64,000 nt of DNA from Dehalococcoidia bacterium (GTDB lineage: Bacteria > Chloroflexota > Dehalococcoidia > Lucifugimonadales > UBA2985): assembly GCA_965218945.1 (NCBI GenBank), contig OZ244718.1, forward strand, positions 1,981,700 through 2,045,699, written 5' to 3'. The first letter of the stretch is position 1. Each line of letters opens with the position of its first letter. The notes below the pieces were generated by a model. The model saw nothing but the letters and a program-made list of their open reading frames with translations. It ran no database searches and was not told where the DNA came from. Shown here piece after piece: positions 34,480 through 44,501 of this stretch. The translations under genes and the position numbers were made by a program.

Positions 34480-36232
34480 GTAGGGGCGGTTCGCGGAGCC
34501 TGTCTCATAAAGGGTGTGTATTTTCGGATGTGGGTGAAACGGGTTAGAATTGTGGCCAAGAATTGATTGATGGAGAGTTCAATGCCGCGTCGCCCACTGA
34601 ACCGAGAGCAGCCGTGGTTGTTTCCTCCTACACTGGAGGAAGTTGTGCCCGAAGACCATCCGGTGCGGTTTGTGGCGGAGTTTGTGGACGCTTTGGAGCG
34701 TTCGGGATGGTCTGAGTTGGGAGTTGAGATAGATGGTGAGGCATTGGGAGCGCCATCGTACCATCCTCGCGGGCTGCTGAGCGTGTGGTTGTATGGGTTC
34801 ATGACCGGCGTGCGCTCGTGCCGCAAGCTGGAGGCGGCCTGCCGAGACCAGATACCGTACCTTTGGCTGACAGCTTGGCAGCACCCGGACCACAATACCC
34901 TGTGGCGGTTCTACAGAGACCATCGTGGAGCGATGAGAAGGCTCTTTAAGCGAACGGTGCGCACGATGGTGGCCATGGGCTTGGTGGAGTTGGCGGTGCA
35001 GGCTGTGGATGGGACGAAGATAGCTGCCAATGCAGCGAAGGATAGGAGCTTTGATGCTGAAGGGTTGCAACGGTTGCTGAAGCGGGTGGACGCGGCGATC
35101 AGTGATCTTGAGGCGCAGAACGAGGCTGGGGAAGACGCTGTCTCTGTGCGTCTGCCGGAGGAGCTTGCCAAGAACAAGGCGCTGAGAGAACAGGTGCAGC
35201 AGGCAATGGAACAACTTGCAGGTGAAGAGGGACAGCAACGTATCAATCTTACCGATGGTGATGCGAGTCTGATGAAGGCTGGTGGAGGCATCGTGGCTGC
35301 TTACAATGCCCAAGCGATGGTCTCGCCACTGGAGCCGGGCGCCGGCGAAGGCACGGGGCTAGTCATCACCGCAGCGGAGGTGGTGTGTGAGGCCAACGAC
35401 AGTGGTCAGTTGACTCCAATGCTGGAGCAAGCCGAGGAGATGATTGGAGACAGGGCGGAGGCAACGCTGGCCGATGCGGGCTATCACTCCGGCGCCAACC
35501 TGGAGTCGTGCGCCCAACGGGAACAACAGGTGATCATGCCGGAGTCGCAGCACAAGGCCCTTGAACACCCCTACCACAAGGACCGTTTTTGCTACGATGA
35601 GCAGATGGATAGCTACACCTGTCCCATGGGCCAGATACTGCGCTTCACCCGACTCAAGCGTACCAGGGGAACGCTCATGCGTCTGTACCGAGCCTCCGGA
35701 GCCGTCTGCCAGGTGTGTCCGGCCTTCGGGGTCTGCACCAAGGATGGGCGTCATGGGCGTGGGCTGGAGGTAGGTCCTCACGAAGCTGTCCTGCGTCGTC
35801 ATCGGGTATGGATGTCTACTGAGGAGGCCAAAGAGGCGTACAAGCAGCGTAAGCAACTGCCAGAACCGGCTTTTGGGATCCTCAAAGAGCAACAGGGCGC
35901 TCGGCGGTTCTTGCTCCGTGGCATTGTCAATGTGTCGGCCGAATGGGTCTTGTTGGCCACGAGCTTCAACCTGCGCACCCTGTGGCGCGTATGGCGCGAC
36001 CGGGGCAGACCCAGGTGGAACCAGAGATGGGCGCAGGCGGCGATAGCAGGGCCATGAGGGGGTGACCGACGACGGCCTAACCAACCATGTCTCCTAATCC
36101 GCGCCGCCTGCAAGATCGAATGACGGTCAAGACATCGCTCCGACTGTGACAACAGACTCGGACTTGGCACGACCGACTCACCAATAGTCACCAATTCATC
36201 ATTCTGGGACAAGCTCCGCGAACCGCCCCTAC
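34480..36232 (+). mobile_element. IS1182-family insertion sequence, apparently intact (1753 bp)
   Basis: Perfect 20-bp terminal inverted repeats GTAGGGGCGGTTCGCGGAGC (34480..34499) and their reverse complement at 36213..36232. The match extends to about 24/25. A single transposase ORF lies inside. Confidence 0.85.
34567..36057 (+). CDS. IS1182-family DDE transposase
   Basis: N-terminal InsH-like region (PEDHPVRFVAEFVDAL, YHPRGLLSVWLYGF), C-terminal PEPAFGILKEQQGARRFLLRGIVNVSAEWVLLATSFNLRTL. Confidence 0.88.
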   Translation: MMESSMPRRPLNREQPWLFPPTLEEVVPEDHPVRFVAEFVDALERSGWSELGVEIDGEALGAPSYHPRGLLSVWLYGFMTGVRSCRKLEAACRDQIPYLWLTAWQHPDHNTLWRFYRDHRGAMRRLFKRTVRTMVAMGLVELAVQAVDGTKIAANAAKDRSFDAEGLQRLLKRVDAAISDLEAQNEAGEDAVSVRLPEELAKNKALREQVQQAMEQLAGEEGQQRINLTDGDASLMKAGGGIVAAYNAQAMVSPLEPGAGEGTGLVITAAEVVCEANDSGQLTPMLEQAEEMIGDRAEATLADAGYHSGANLESCAQREQQVIMPESQHKALEHPYHKDRFCYDEQMDSYTCPMGQILRFTRLKRTRGTLMRLYRASGAVCQVCPAFGVCTKDGRHGRGLEVGPHEAVLRRHRVWMSTEEAKEAYKQRKQLPEPAFGILKEQQGARRFLLRGIVNVSAEWVLLATSFNLRTLWRVWRDRGRPRWNQRWAQAAIAGP

Positions 36233-36332
36233 GGACGAGGCAACCGAATGTGGGCACGTTGTCATGCCCGTGCAGACGGGCATCCAGGGGAGGAGTGGGG
36301 TGTGGACTCGCGGCATCTCTGTTGAGCGGGCG

Positions 36333-37319
36333 TTACTTAGCCCCGTATCTGTTCCTGTAGGCGCTCACCGCTTCAAGGTGCTGTGCCCTCTTGTCGTCCC
36401 TCAGGCCGTCGGTCCCCGCGCCAACTGCTACGGCTTCGATGTACTCGGCAGGGGCCTCTATAGCGCGGTACAGGCGCTGGGCGCGCAGGCACATCTCCAG
36501 GCGCCGGCTGAAGCCCGCATCCGGCGTGTACGGGAGCAGGTCTTTGAGAGACGCCTCCGGATTCTGTTCGAGAATTGGCTCAAGCAGGACGGCAAACTCC
36601 AGGGCGGGGTCTCCCAGAGCAATGTCGTCCCAGTCGACAATGCGCCATTGGCCGTCGTCCGCGACCAGGATGTTGTCGTTCCACAGGTCGCCGTGCACCG
36701 GCGAAGACGCGTTGGGGGAGAATGCCTCCATACCGGCCACCATACGCTCGATACTTAGCGACTCCTCCCTCATCCAATGAAGGGTCTCGCCGGTCACGAA
36801 GGCGGGAGGCTGCGCCTCTACGATAGCCAGGTCCTCTTTGAATCTCCGTATCCACACGCTGTTGAAGTAGTCTCCGCACGTGCCATCAGGGGTAAGAGGC
36901 ATGAGCATGGCCCGCATTTCCTCGTCCGTATGTAACCGGGACGCCAGGTCGACTATCTCACGCGCCAGGCGGGGCGATACGCCAAGGTCGGCGGGCCGGC
37001 CGGCGACGTGTTCACACAGGAGGCCGCTGAAACCCGTGTCCGGTATGTCAATCCAGTCCACTATCAGTGGCGCCCGGTATCGCTCATGGAGCGCTTGATT
37101 CAGGCCGTACCACTTGCGCAGCTTGTCAATGTGGTCTGGGGAGTAGGCCAGCTTCAGGTGATATCTGATTTCTCCATCGGAGATGGTGAGGGAGCGTCTC
37201 TGAATGCTTCCGGCATGAGACAAGCGCTCAACGGACGTGGCCGGTCCTTCCAGCCCGTAGCGCGGAGCGAGCCGTTCGAAGTGGGCCTTAATCAATGGGG
37301 TGAGTTGCTGCGGGTTCAT
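36333..37319 (-). CDS. Aminoglycoside/choline-kinase-like phosphotransferase family protein
   Basis: Catalytic-loop HGDLWNDNILV and IVDWDD metal-binding motif. Start taken at MNPQQLT (37319); the ORF track extends to 37433 with a TTG start. Confidence 0.8.
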   Translation of the reverse strand: MNPQQLTPLIKAHFERLAPRYGLEGPATSVERLSHAGSIQRRSLTISDGEIRYHLKLAYSPDHIDKLRKWYGLNQALHERYRAPLIVDWIDIPDTGFSGLLCEHVAGRPADLGVSPRLAREIVDLASRLHTDEEMRAMLMPLTPDGTCGDYFNSVWIRRFKEDLAIVEAQPPAFVTGETLHWMREESLSIERMVAGMEAFSPNASSPVHGDLWNDNILVADDGQWRIVDWDDIALGDPALEFAVLLEPILEQNPEASLKDLLPYTPDAGFSRRLEMCLRAQRLYRAIEAPAEYIEAVAVGAGTDGLRDDKRAQHLEAVSAYRNRYGAK

Positions 37320-37448
37320 GTCGGGGATTTGCTGGAAGCGACGCTGAATCGGTTGCGTGGCAGGCTGGTATACCCAAGTCGAATGCTGCGGTCGGCTCGC
37401 TTTCCTTGACCGACAAGGGGTTGTATTATACAATCCTCTTTACGCGAT

Positions 37449-38078
37449 ATGAATGGGGGAACTATGGTAGTAATTGGGCTAGCAGGCGGAATTGGCACAG
37501 GGAAAAGCGAAGTGGCCCGTATTCTGGGAGAGTTGGGAGCTGTTGTCCTGGAGGCGGATAGAATGGGTCACGCGGTATATCTTCCCAATTCGGACGGATT
37601 CCGTGAGGTGGTGGACACGTTTGGCGAGGATGTTGTGGGAGAAGACGGGGAGATAGACCGGCGCGCGCTGGGCGGAAAGGTGTTCGGGAATCCGGAGGCT
37701 ATGGAGAAGCTGAACGGCATAGCATGGCCCCGGATCAAGCAGATGCTGGCGGACGGCATCAAGGAGAATCAGGAAGCCGGCGCCCAGGTTGTTGTCATGG
37801 ACGCGGCCATTATGATTGAGGCGGGATGGACTGACCTGAGCGACGAGGTGTGGGTGACCGCTGCGCCGATAGAGCATGTCATTCAGAGGGTGCAGGCTCG
37901 CAACAACCTCACTGAGGAGCAGATACGCTCTCGCATAGATTCCCAGATGTCGACTGAGGAGCGCGTGAAACACGCCCATGCCGTTGTGGATAACGACGGG
38001 GACATTGAAGACCTGAGGAACAAAGTAAAAGAACTGTGGGAAAATCGACTGGTCAGTAAAGGCCTGGTCGGGGGGTAA
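37449..38078 (+). CDS. coaE: Dephospho-CoA kinase
   Basis: [15 protein letters not shown]-loop, EADRMGH, overall CoaE length; the start could be Met6 (37464). Confidence 0.88.
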   Translation: MNGGTMVVIGLAGGIGTGKSEVARILGELGAVVLEADRMGHAVYLPNSDGFREVVDTFGEDVVGEDGEIDRRALGGKVFGNPEAMEKLNGIAWPRIKQMLADGIKENQEAGAQVVVMDAAIMIEAGWTDLSDEVWVTAAPIEHVIQRVQARNNLTEEQIRSRIDSQMSTEERVKHAHAVVDNDGDIEDLRNKVKELWENRLVSKGLVGG

Positions 38079-38079
38079 A

Positions 38080-38967
38080 ATGGCTAAAAATGAGAATTAC
38101 ACGTCCTATCTTGCTGAGGAGTACGTAATACAAGAGGAGCCCTTTTACCTGCCGGTGGGCGACGAGATAGAGCTCTTCGAGGTGGCGTACAGCCAGAACC
38201 TGCCGGTTCTGCTCAAAGGCCCTACCGGGACAGGCAAGACCCGCTTCGTGGAGTATATGTCGTATAGATTGGGGCGCCCCCTCACCAAGTTAACACCGAA
38301 GAAGGGCGGGGACGACCAGGAGGAGCAGAAGAGCATACCTCTGATGACAATCGCTTGCCACGAGGACCTCACTGCCAGCGACCTCGTGGGCCGCTACCTG
38401 CTTGAGGGAGACGAGACGCGATGGGTCGACGGGCCGTTGGCCCGCGCGGTGAAGGCAGGGGCGATATGCTACCTGGATGAGATCGTTGAGGCCCGGAAGG
38501 ACACTACGGTGCTCATCCATCCCCTAACCGACCACCGCAGAATTCTTCCCATAGACAAGCGCGGCGAGGTGCTTGAGGCGCACGACGGGTTCCAGTTGGT
38601 GGTGTCCTACAACCCCGGCTACCAGAGCGCTCTCAAGGACCTGAAGCACAGCACTCGACAGCGTTTCATGGCCTTGGAGTTGACACATCCCCCGGCGGAT
38701 CTCGAGGCCAGGATCGTCCAGCATGAGAGCGGGGTGTCGGAGGAGATGTCCGTTGCCCTGGCCAAGCTGGGAGAGAAGGCGCGCAACCTGAAGGACCACG
38801 GCCTTCAGGAAGGGGTTGGCACCCGGCTGTTGATTTACGCCGGCAAGCTGATAGCCCGCGGCATCGCCCCCAGGCGTGCGTGCCAGGTGGCGGTAACCTG
38901 GGCCCTTACCGACGATCAACAGGTGCAGCGCAGCGTGGATGAGGTGGTCAACTCCATATTCGAGTAG
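38080..38967 (+). CDS. CbbQ/NirQ/NorQ/GpvN-family AAA+ ATPase
   Basis: 295 aa; [11 protein letters not shown] Walker [13 protein letters not shown] Walker [10 protein letters not shown]...STRQRF sensor region. Confidence 0.85.
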   Translation: MAKNENYTSYLAEEYVIQEEPFYLPVGDEIELFEVAYSQNLPVLLKGPTGTGKTRFVEYMSYRLGRPLTKLTPKKGGDDQEEQKSIPLMTIACHEDLTASDLVGRYLLEGDETRWVDGPLARAVKAGAICYLDEIVEARKDTTVLIHPLTDHRRILPIDKRGEVLEAHDGFQLVVSYNPGYQSALKDLKHSTRQRFMALELTHPPADLEARIVQHESGVSEEMSVALAKLGEKARNLKDHGLQEGVGTRLLIYAGKLIARGIAPRRACQVAVTWALTDDQQVQRSVDEVVNSIFE

Positions 38968-39089
38968 ACAGTTCTAACCGAGAGCCGTCAGTCCAGGAGA
39001 GCGTTATCAACAAGCTAGAACTGGCTATAGATTCCATAAGGGATTCCCTGAGCCAAGCAGGCACAGCGTACTCTGGCGACGACCCCGGC

Positions 39090-39590
39090 TTGACCTCCGC
39101 GGGCGTGATGCTCCTGCTTTATACAAAGCAGGGGGAGATGCGAGTGCTGCTGAACAAGCGCACGGACCGCGTGGAGCACCACAAGGGGGAGATATCCTTC
39201 CCCGGAGGCGCTCGGGACCCGGAGGACGTAACCATTCTTGACACTGCTCTGAGGGAAACCGAAGAGGAGATGGGAATCAAGAGGGAGGACGTGGAGGTGA
39301 TTTGCCAGTTGGACCAGGTGTCCACCAGGAGCGGCTTTGCCATCACTCCCTTTGTCGGAACCATACCGCCGTCCTACCCCTTCTCCGAGAGCAACATCGA
39401 GGTGGCTGAGATACTGGAGATTCCGTTGGCGGAACTTCTGGACCCGGCCAACCGGCGTGAGCAGGCGAGCATCCGCGACGGTGGCCTGAGCATCGATTAC
39501 TCTTATGCCTATGAAGAGCACCTGGTGTGGGGCGCCACGGCCAGGATTTTGACCCAATTTCTGGGGCTTGTAACCCCGGGTTCGCGGTAG
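39090..39590 (+). CDS. NUDIX hydrolase, CoA-pyrophosphatase-like
   Basis: Nudix box GEISFPGGARDPEDVTILDTALRETEEEMGI. The TTG start comes from the ORF track; the frame stays open upstream with no canonical start, so the 5' end is uncertain. Confidence 0.75.
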   Translation: MTSAGVMLLLYTKQGEMRVLLNKRTDRVEHHKGEISFPGGARDPEDVTILDTALRETEEEMGIKREDVEVICQLDQVSTRSGFAITPFVGTIPPSYPFSESNIEVAEILEIPLAELLDPANRREQASIRDGGLSIDYSYAYEEHLVWGATARILTQFLGLVTPGSR

Positions 39591-39597
39591 GTGAATT

Positions 39598-42500
39598 GTG
39601 ACTTTTCCAACGTATGAAGAAGAGATCCAGTCCTTTCCCAACGAGTTGACAACGGCCTTCAGAGAGGCCAGGGACTCTGTTGCGAGTATCCTTACCAGTG
39701 AGGAGGAGTTCAGGTCCTGGGCCGATTCCGGCCTTGCGATAGCCCGAAGGGCAGGGCGCTCCTGGGAGGCCGCCAAGGAGTATTTCAGGGTGAGCCCTGA
39801 AATGGTGCGCGTCCTTCCGTTCAATCACTTCCAGCAGTGGGTCTACTGGGGCGGTGCGCTGTCAGAGGAGTCCCCGGTGATCGCAGGGACGTACTTCAGG
39901 GTTGGCCCGGAGGTGGCGAAATCTCTCAAGCCCTGGGACGTTCCCGAGTGGGCTCAGATAGGCAGGAAGCTCTACGGCGGTGGAAGACGATCCGCCGCTC
40001 TATGCGCCCGTTTCTTTGAATCCAGCGGCGATCTGCTGAGCGTCCTCTCATTCAGCGAGTTCCAGCATCTGGTGCTTCTGGTGGAGTCTGTCGCAGAGAA
40101 GTCCGCAGACGAGGCTATCAACTTTCTCACGCTATCCAGGGAGGTCCTGCCCTCGCTGAGGGAGGACACCAGGTCCTGCCTGTCCCTCATCTCCACCCTG
40201 GTTAGAGGGGACTGGCAGCAGGCCACGGGGTCACTTCAGGTGGTTGGGGGGGCGCTGGCCAGGATTGAGAGGGTGGAACGCGCCCGGTTCCTCGCTCTGG
40301 CAGGCCAGATAGCCGAGGGAAGCGACGTCGACATCCCGGTATTCCTGCAAGAGGGTTCCGTTGCCTTGGGCCGGATAGAGGGTTTTGTGCATGTACACGT
40401 CCTGAACCTGGCTGAGGGCCTGGTCAAGCTGGACGCTGGGGTTGTGCCGGACTTCGTGAAGGGCGTACCCTACATCCTCCAGCATGTCAGCGTCAACCAG
40501 CTGGAGGCTTGGTACGACGCAGGCGTGGGTATCCTGAATGAGAACTCCGAAGGAGGCGCGGCCTTCTTCAGGGGCGAGTCCGCCCGCTCTGAGGAAGTGC
40601 TGGAGAAGCTCTCCATGGGTGTAGAGTTGGGCCGCGTCAAAGAGGTAATCCGCATGTACTGCCGCGCTCTGTCGGCTGTGGATGTTGAGATAGCCGTACC
40701 CTCCGGTGAAACTGCACAAAACAGGGGATGGGTGGCACTGGAGAAGATGATGACGGAGGGCGCTACCGTATACCTTCCGACCGTATCAGAACGTTTCGGC
40801 AACAAGGAAGAGAACTTCGACTGGTACAAGGTGGTGGCCACGCATCAGGTTTCCCACCTTGAGTTCGAGAGCTTCGGCTTCTCCTTTGACCAGCCGGCAG
40901 CAGTTTTCTCGGACCAGAAGTCGGGGCTGCTGGAGGAGGTCGGCGATACGGCCGTGGCCTGGGAAGGCAACGGCGATGGCGACCTGCAGGCGCTGGAGCT
41001 GCCGGACCTGCATCGCTTCTTCTCCCTGTTCGAGGACGGCGTACTGGCCAGGGACATCTTCACCGCAGTGGAGGACTGCCGGCTTGACCACCGTGTCCTG
41101 TCCGAGTACCGGGGCATACGCGAAGCCTACAAGAGGGTGCAGGACCAGTCCCTGTCGGAGCGGCCTGCCGTAGAGGAGATGCGCGCCCGGGAGTCCATGG
41201 TGGAGTTGCTCATACGCTTCAGCCTTCAGCAAGGAGACGACCTTGCCGTGCCGGAACGGTATTCGGAGTGGGCGAAGGTGCTCTGGGAGATTGTTCAGCC
41301 CCTGTCCCAGACAAGGGCGTCCGTGGAGGACAGCGCCGAGGCCACCATTCGTTTGTACGATCTCATCTCCCAGATCCCCAACGAGGAGATAAATGAGGGC
41401 GACTGGGACGTTCTGAACACCAACGAGTTCCAGGATGAGCAGTCGGAATCGGAGTCTGAGGCGGAGTGGGGCGACGACAAGATGGACGAGATCATGAAGA
41501 GGCTTATGGAGTTGCAGCCTCCCGACCCCGACGCCGAGGGCCAATCGTACCAGTCTCCTCCCCAGGTGGACTATCGCGGAGACTTCAAGCCGGAGTTGAT
41601 GCAGCTCATATCTCTGATAAAAGACGCCCAGAAGGAGAGGGGCGCCAAGGGCGAGTCCATGACCCCGGAGGAGATGGAGCAGCTTCTGGCGGACCTCAAC
41701 CAGCAGTCCATTATGGCCGAGTCGGGAGAGATAGAGCAGGGCGGCATGTTCGGCCCCGACACGGTTGTGGAGATTGGCTCCAAGGGATCTCCCGAGGGAG
41801 CAGTTAAACAGATCAATTTCCCGTACGACCCGGTCTTCGACGAGGAGGAGCGAGGCGGACCTCTGGAGGTCAAGGAGCCTCTGTCCTTCCTCTATGACGA
41901 GTGGGACTACCGGATGTCCGACTACCGCCCGCGCTGGTGCCTTCTGCGAGAGAAGGAGATGGCTGAGGGCGACGGGTCCTTCTATAACACTACCCTGGAA
42001 GGCTACTCACTGCTCGCCTCGCAGATAAAGCGCCAGTTCGAGATGGTGGTGCCCCAGGGCTTCCGCAAGATGAAGCGGCAGCAGGACGGGGACGAGTTCG
42101 AGCTGGACGCCATTATAGAGGCCGTGGTGGACAAGAAGTCCGGCACCTCCCCATCCGAGAAGGTGTACACGCGCCGCAACAAGGTGATGAGGGATGTGGC
42201 GGTGGCCTTCCTTCTGGACATGAGCGCATCCACCGCCGAGGCAATAGACGAGACTCGAAGGCTGGCGGACGAGTGGGACGCGCCGGACGACCCGCTGGAG
42301 TACATGTTCTGGCTGCGCAGCCGCCGCGGCGAAGGGGTGCGTCGGAGCTACAAGCGCATTGTGGACCTGGAGAAGGAGAGCGTTGTCCTCCTCATCCACG
42401 CCCTTGAGACCATCGGCGACACCTACGGGATCTACGGCTTCTCCGGCTACGGCCGCGAGAATGTGGACTTCTTCGTCATCAAGGACATCAACGAGGCTCT

Positions 42501-42879
42501 GTCCGATAAGGTCAAGCGCAGGATAGACAAGGTCTCGCCCCTGCAAGCCACCCGCATGGGGCCGGCCATTCGCCACACCATAACCAAGCTGGAGAAGCAG
42601 GAAGCGCGCACCAAGTTCTTCTTCCTCATCAGCGACGGCAGACCCCAGGACCGGGGGTACAGCCGTGAGGGCGTGGAGAAGGAGTACGCCATCCACGACA
42701 CCCGGCTGGCCCTGACGGAGGCCCGACAGAAGGGCATCATCCCCTTCTGCCTGACGGTGGACAAGGAGGGCCACGACTACCTGAGGGCGATGTGCCAGGA
42801 CATGGGCTATGAAGTGCTGGCTGACATTCACGCTCTGCCCAAGCGTCTTCCCGCGCTGTACCGCAGCCTGACAATCTAG
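39598..42879 (+). CDS. Very large vWA-domain protein (CbbO/NorD-like partner of the CbbQ ATPase)
   Basis: 1093 aa; C-terminal vWA with MIDAS VAFLLDMSAS and FFFLISDGRPQD; acidic low-complexity insert (QDEQSESESEAEWGDD). The N-terminal region of about 800 aa has no recognised family. Confidence 0.75.
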   Translation: MTFPTYEEEIQSFPNELTTAFREARDSVASILTSEEEFRSWADSGLAIARRAGRSWEAAKEYFRVSPEMVRVLPFNHFQQWVYWGGALSEESPVIAGTYFRVGPEVAKSLKPWDVPEWAQIGRKLYGGGRRSAALCARFFESSGDLLSVLSFSEFQHLVLLVESVAEKSADEAINFLTLSREVLPSLREDTRSCLSLISTLVRGDWQQATGSLQVVGGALARIERVERARFLALAGQIAEGSDVDIPVFLQEGSVALGRIEGFVHVHVLNLAEGLVKLDAGVVPDFVKGVPYILQHVSVNQLEAWYDAGVGILNENSEGGAAFFRGESARSEEVLEKLSMGVELGRVKEVIRMYCRALSAVDVEIAVPSGETAQNRGWVALEKMMTEGATVYLPTVSERFGNKEENFDWYKVVATHQVSHLEFESFGFSFDQPAAVFSDQKSGLLEEVGDTAVAWEGNGDGDLQALELPDLHRFFSLFEDGVLARDIFTAVEDCRLDHRVLSEYRGIREAYKRVQDQSLSERPAVEEMRARESMVELLIRFSLQQGDDLAVPERYSEWAKVLWEIVQPLSQTRASVEDSAEATIRLYDLISQIPNEEINEGDWDVLNTNEFQDEQSESESEAEWGDDKMDEIMKRLMELQPPDPDAEGQSYQSPPQVDYRGDFKPELMQLISLIKDAQKERGAKGESMTPEEMEQLLADLNQQSIMAESGEIEQGGMFGPDTVVEIGSKGSPEGAVKQINFPYDPVFDEEERGGPLEVKEPLSFLYDEWDYRMSDYRPRWCLLREKEMAEGDGSFYNTTLEGYSLLASQIKRQFEMVVPQGFRKMKRQQDGDEFELDAIIEAVVDKKSGTSPSEKVYTRRNKVMRDVAVAFLLDMSASTAEAIDETRRLADEWDAPDDPLEYMFWLRSRRGEGVRRSYKRIVDLEKESVVLLIHALETIGDTYGIYGFSGYGRENVDFFVIKDINEALSDKVKRRIDKVSPLQATRMGPAIRHTITKLEKQEARTKFFFLISDGRPQDRGYSREGVEKEYAIHDTRLALTEARQKGIIPFCLTVDKEGHDYLRAMCQDMGYEVLADIHALPKRLPALYRSLTI

Positions 42880-42945
42880 GCGCGGCGCATCCTCGTTCAT
42901 TTGGGTGGAGTTGTTTCGGCGCACGCGTTAAGGGATTGCAAGTCT

Positions 42946-42970
42946 GTCATTCTGAACGCAGTGAAGAATC
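42946..42970 (+). repeat. GTCATTC...GAATC hairpin repeat (REP/MITE-like family), copy 1
   Basis: GTCATTCTGAACGCAGTGAAGAATC. Same family as 43089..43119 (inverted orientation) and 53060..53153. Further GTCATTC fragments occur up to about 43195. Confidence 0.65.
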
Positions 42971-43088
42971 CAGGGCGTCCGACCACGCGGTCATCGCGTC
43001 TAGCCGCCATACGGGATTCTAAATTGACAGGCCCTGAATGTGAGCCGCGGTCGCCACGATGCAATAACGGTGGAAGCGCATTGCCTGG

Positions 43089-43119
43089 GATTCTTTGTCG
43101 CTTGGCTCCTCAGAATGAC
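43089..43119 (-). repeat. GTCATTC...GAATC hairpin repeat, copy 2 (inverted)
   Basis: GATTCTTTGTCGCTTGGCTCCTCAGAATGAC is the reverse orientation of GTCATTCTGAGG...AAAGAATC. Confidence 0.65.
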
Positions 43120-43257
43120 AGTTGCACCTCCATGTCATTCTTTTAGATACCGAGTGATTCGGAAATCTCAATGAAGCCGGCGCGTCATTCCCGGCGTAAA
43201 GTTCATCAATGGCCATTCATAGACGAGTAGATTGCGACAGGGCTATATGGGAACCGC

Positions 43258-44493
43258 CTACCCGTCCGTCTGCCGGAGAAGGTTCCACAGCTCCATCAGA
43301 GCTTGCATGGCGGCTCTCTGCTTGACCAGCGGCCGCTGAGGCGGGTAACGGCGGCTGTGAGACAGGACAAGGTCTTTGGACGCCAGCCCTATGTGCACCG
43401 TGCCAACCGGCTGTCCCTCAAGCTCATCGGGGCCTGCAACGCCGGTGATGCCTATCCCCAGGTCTGCCCCCATGCGCTCCCGGCAGGCCCGCGCCATATC
43501 CTCGGCCACCTGTGGGCTGACTGCGCCATGCTCCCGTATCAGGGCCGGATCTACCCCCCAGGCTGTTTTGACTTCGTTGGTGTAGGATACTATGCCGCCC
43601 ATGAAATAGTCGGAGCTGCCGGGGACTTGGGTAATGGTGTGGGCCAGGAAACCGCCCGTGCACGACTCCATAGTCGCCAGGGTGAGGCCCTGTCTCCTTA
43701 GCTCCTCTCCCACCTGCTCCTCCATCACCTGGTCGTCGACGCCCCAGATGTTGTCACCAAGGCGTCGTCGAAGCTCTTGCTCTATGGGGTGTATCAGCCT
43801 CTCGGCCTCTTCGTCACTATGCGCCCTGACCCGCACCCTGACCTGAACGCCCTGCCACTGGGCGTACATACCCAGCTCGGCGTCCGGGAGGTGGAACAGG
43901 GGAGCGATCATCTCGTTGATGGCAGACTCTCCCAGGCCGTAGGTCTTCAGGGAGCGAGTCTTTATGATCGGCCCGGTTGCGAGAAGCCTGAGCCGAGGCT
44001 GTACCTCCACCTCCCACATACGATGAAGCTCGAAGGGCGGTCCGGGCATCGCCACGATTATCTTCCCGCCACTCTCCACCCACCACCCGGGGGCAGTGCC
44101 CGTAGCGTTGTGGACGGTCTGCCCGGACGGGATGAGGTTGGCCTGCTTGACGTTGGCCGCGACCATAGCCGTGCCCCTCTGACGGAAGGTCTCCTCCAGA
44201 TGTGCCAGGGCCGAAGGGTCTGTGTAGAGGGTCTCGCCAAAAAGCTGGGCTATAGCCTCGCGAGTGAGGTCGTCATCGGTGGGGCCAAGGCCGCCGGTGG
44301 TCAGAATGAGGTCGGAGCGCTGCTGCGCGTGCCGGAAGGCGTCCACCAGCAGGTCCAGGTCGTCTTTGGCGGCGCTGATTCCCTGCAGCTCTATTCCCAT
44401 AGCCGGAAGTTGGGCCGCCAGGTATGCTGAGTTGGTGTCCACCAGCTCCCCCATGAGAAGCTCTGTGCCAATGGCAATGATATCCGCCTTCAC
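43258..44493 (-). CDS. cinA: CinA-family competence/damage-inducible protein (MoCF-like domain + PncC NMN deamidase domain)
   Basis: MKADIIAIGTELLMGELVDTNSAYLA...ILTTGGLGPTDDDLT N-domain; C-terminal ESCTGG...GGIVSY..E.K PncC domain. Confidence 0.9.
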   Translation of the reverse strand: MKADIIAIGTELLMGELVDTNSAYLAAQLPAMGIELQGISAAKDDLDLLVDAFRHAQQRSDLILTTGGLGPTDDDLTREAIAQLFGETLYTDPSALAHLEETFRQRGTAMVAANVKQANLIPSGQTVHNATGTAPGWWVESGGKIIVAMPGPPFELHRMWEVEVQPRLRLLATGPIIKTRSLKTYGLGESAINEMIAPLFHLPDAELGMYAQWQGVQVRVRVRAHSDEEAERLIHPIEQELRRRLGDNIWGVDDQVMEEQVGEELRRQGLTLATMESCTGGFLAHTITQVPGSSDYFMGGIVSYTNEVKTAWGVDPALIREHGAVSPQVAEDMARACRERMGADLGIGITGVAGPDELEGQPVGTVHIGLASKDLVLSHSRRYPPQRPLVKQRAAMQALMELWNLLRQTDG

Positions 44494-44501
44494 GGCCGGC
44501 C

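Noticed and set aside
42901-43146. ORFs 42901..43146 and 53028..53570 as protein-coding genes.
   Set aside because: Their only distinctive peptides (SVILNAVKNP, SFLRKQES, RFHGNDA) are translations of the GTCATTC hairpin repeats. The rest of 53028..53570 is antisense to the CoA-transferase gene.
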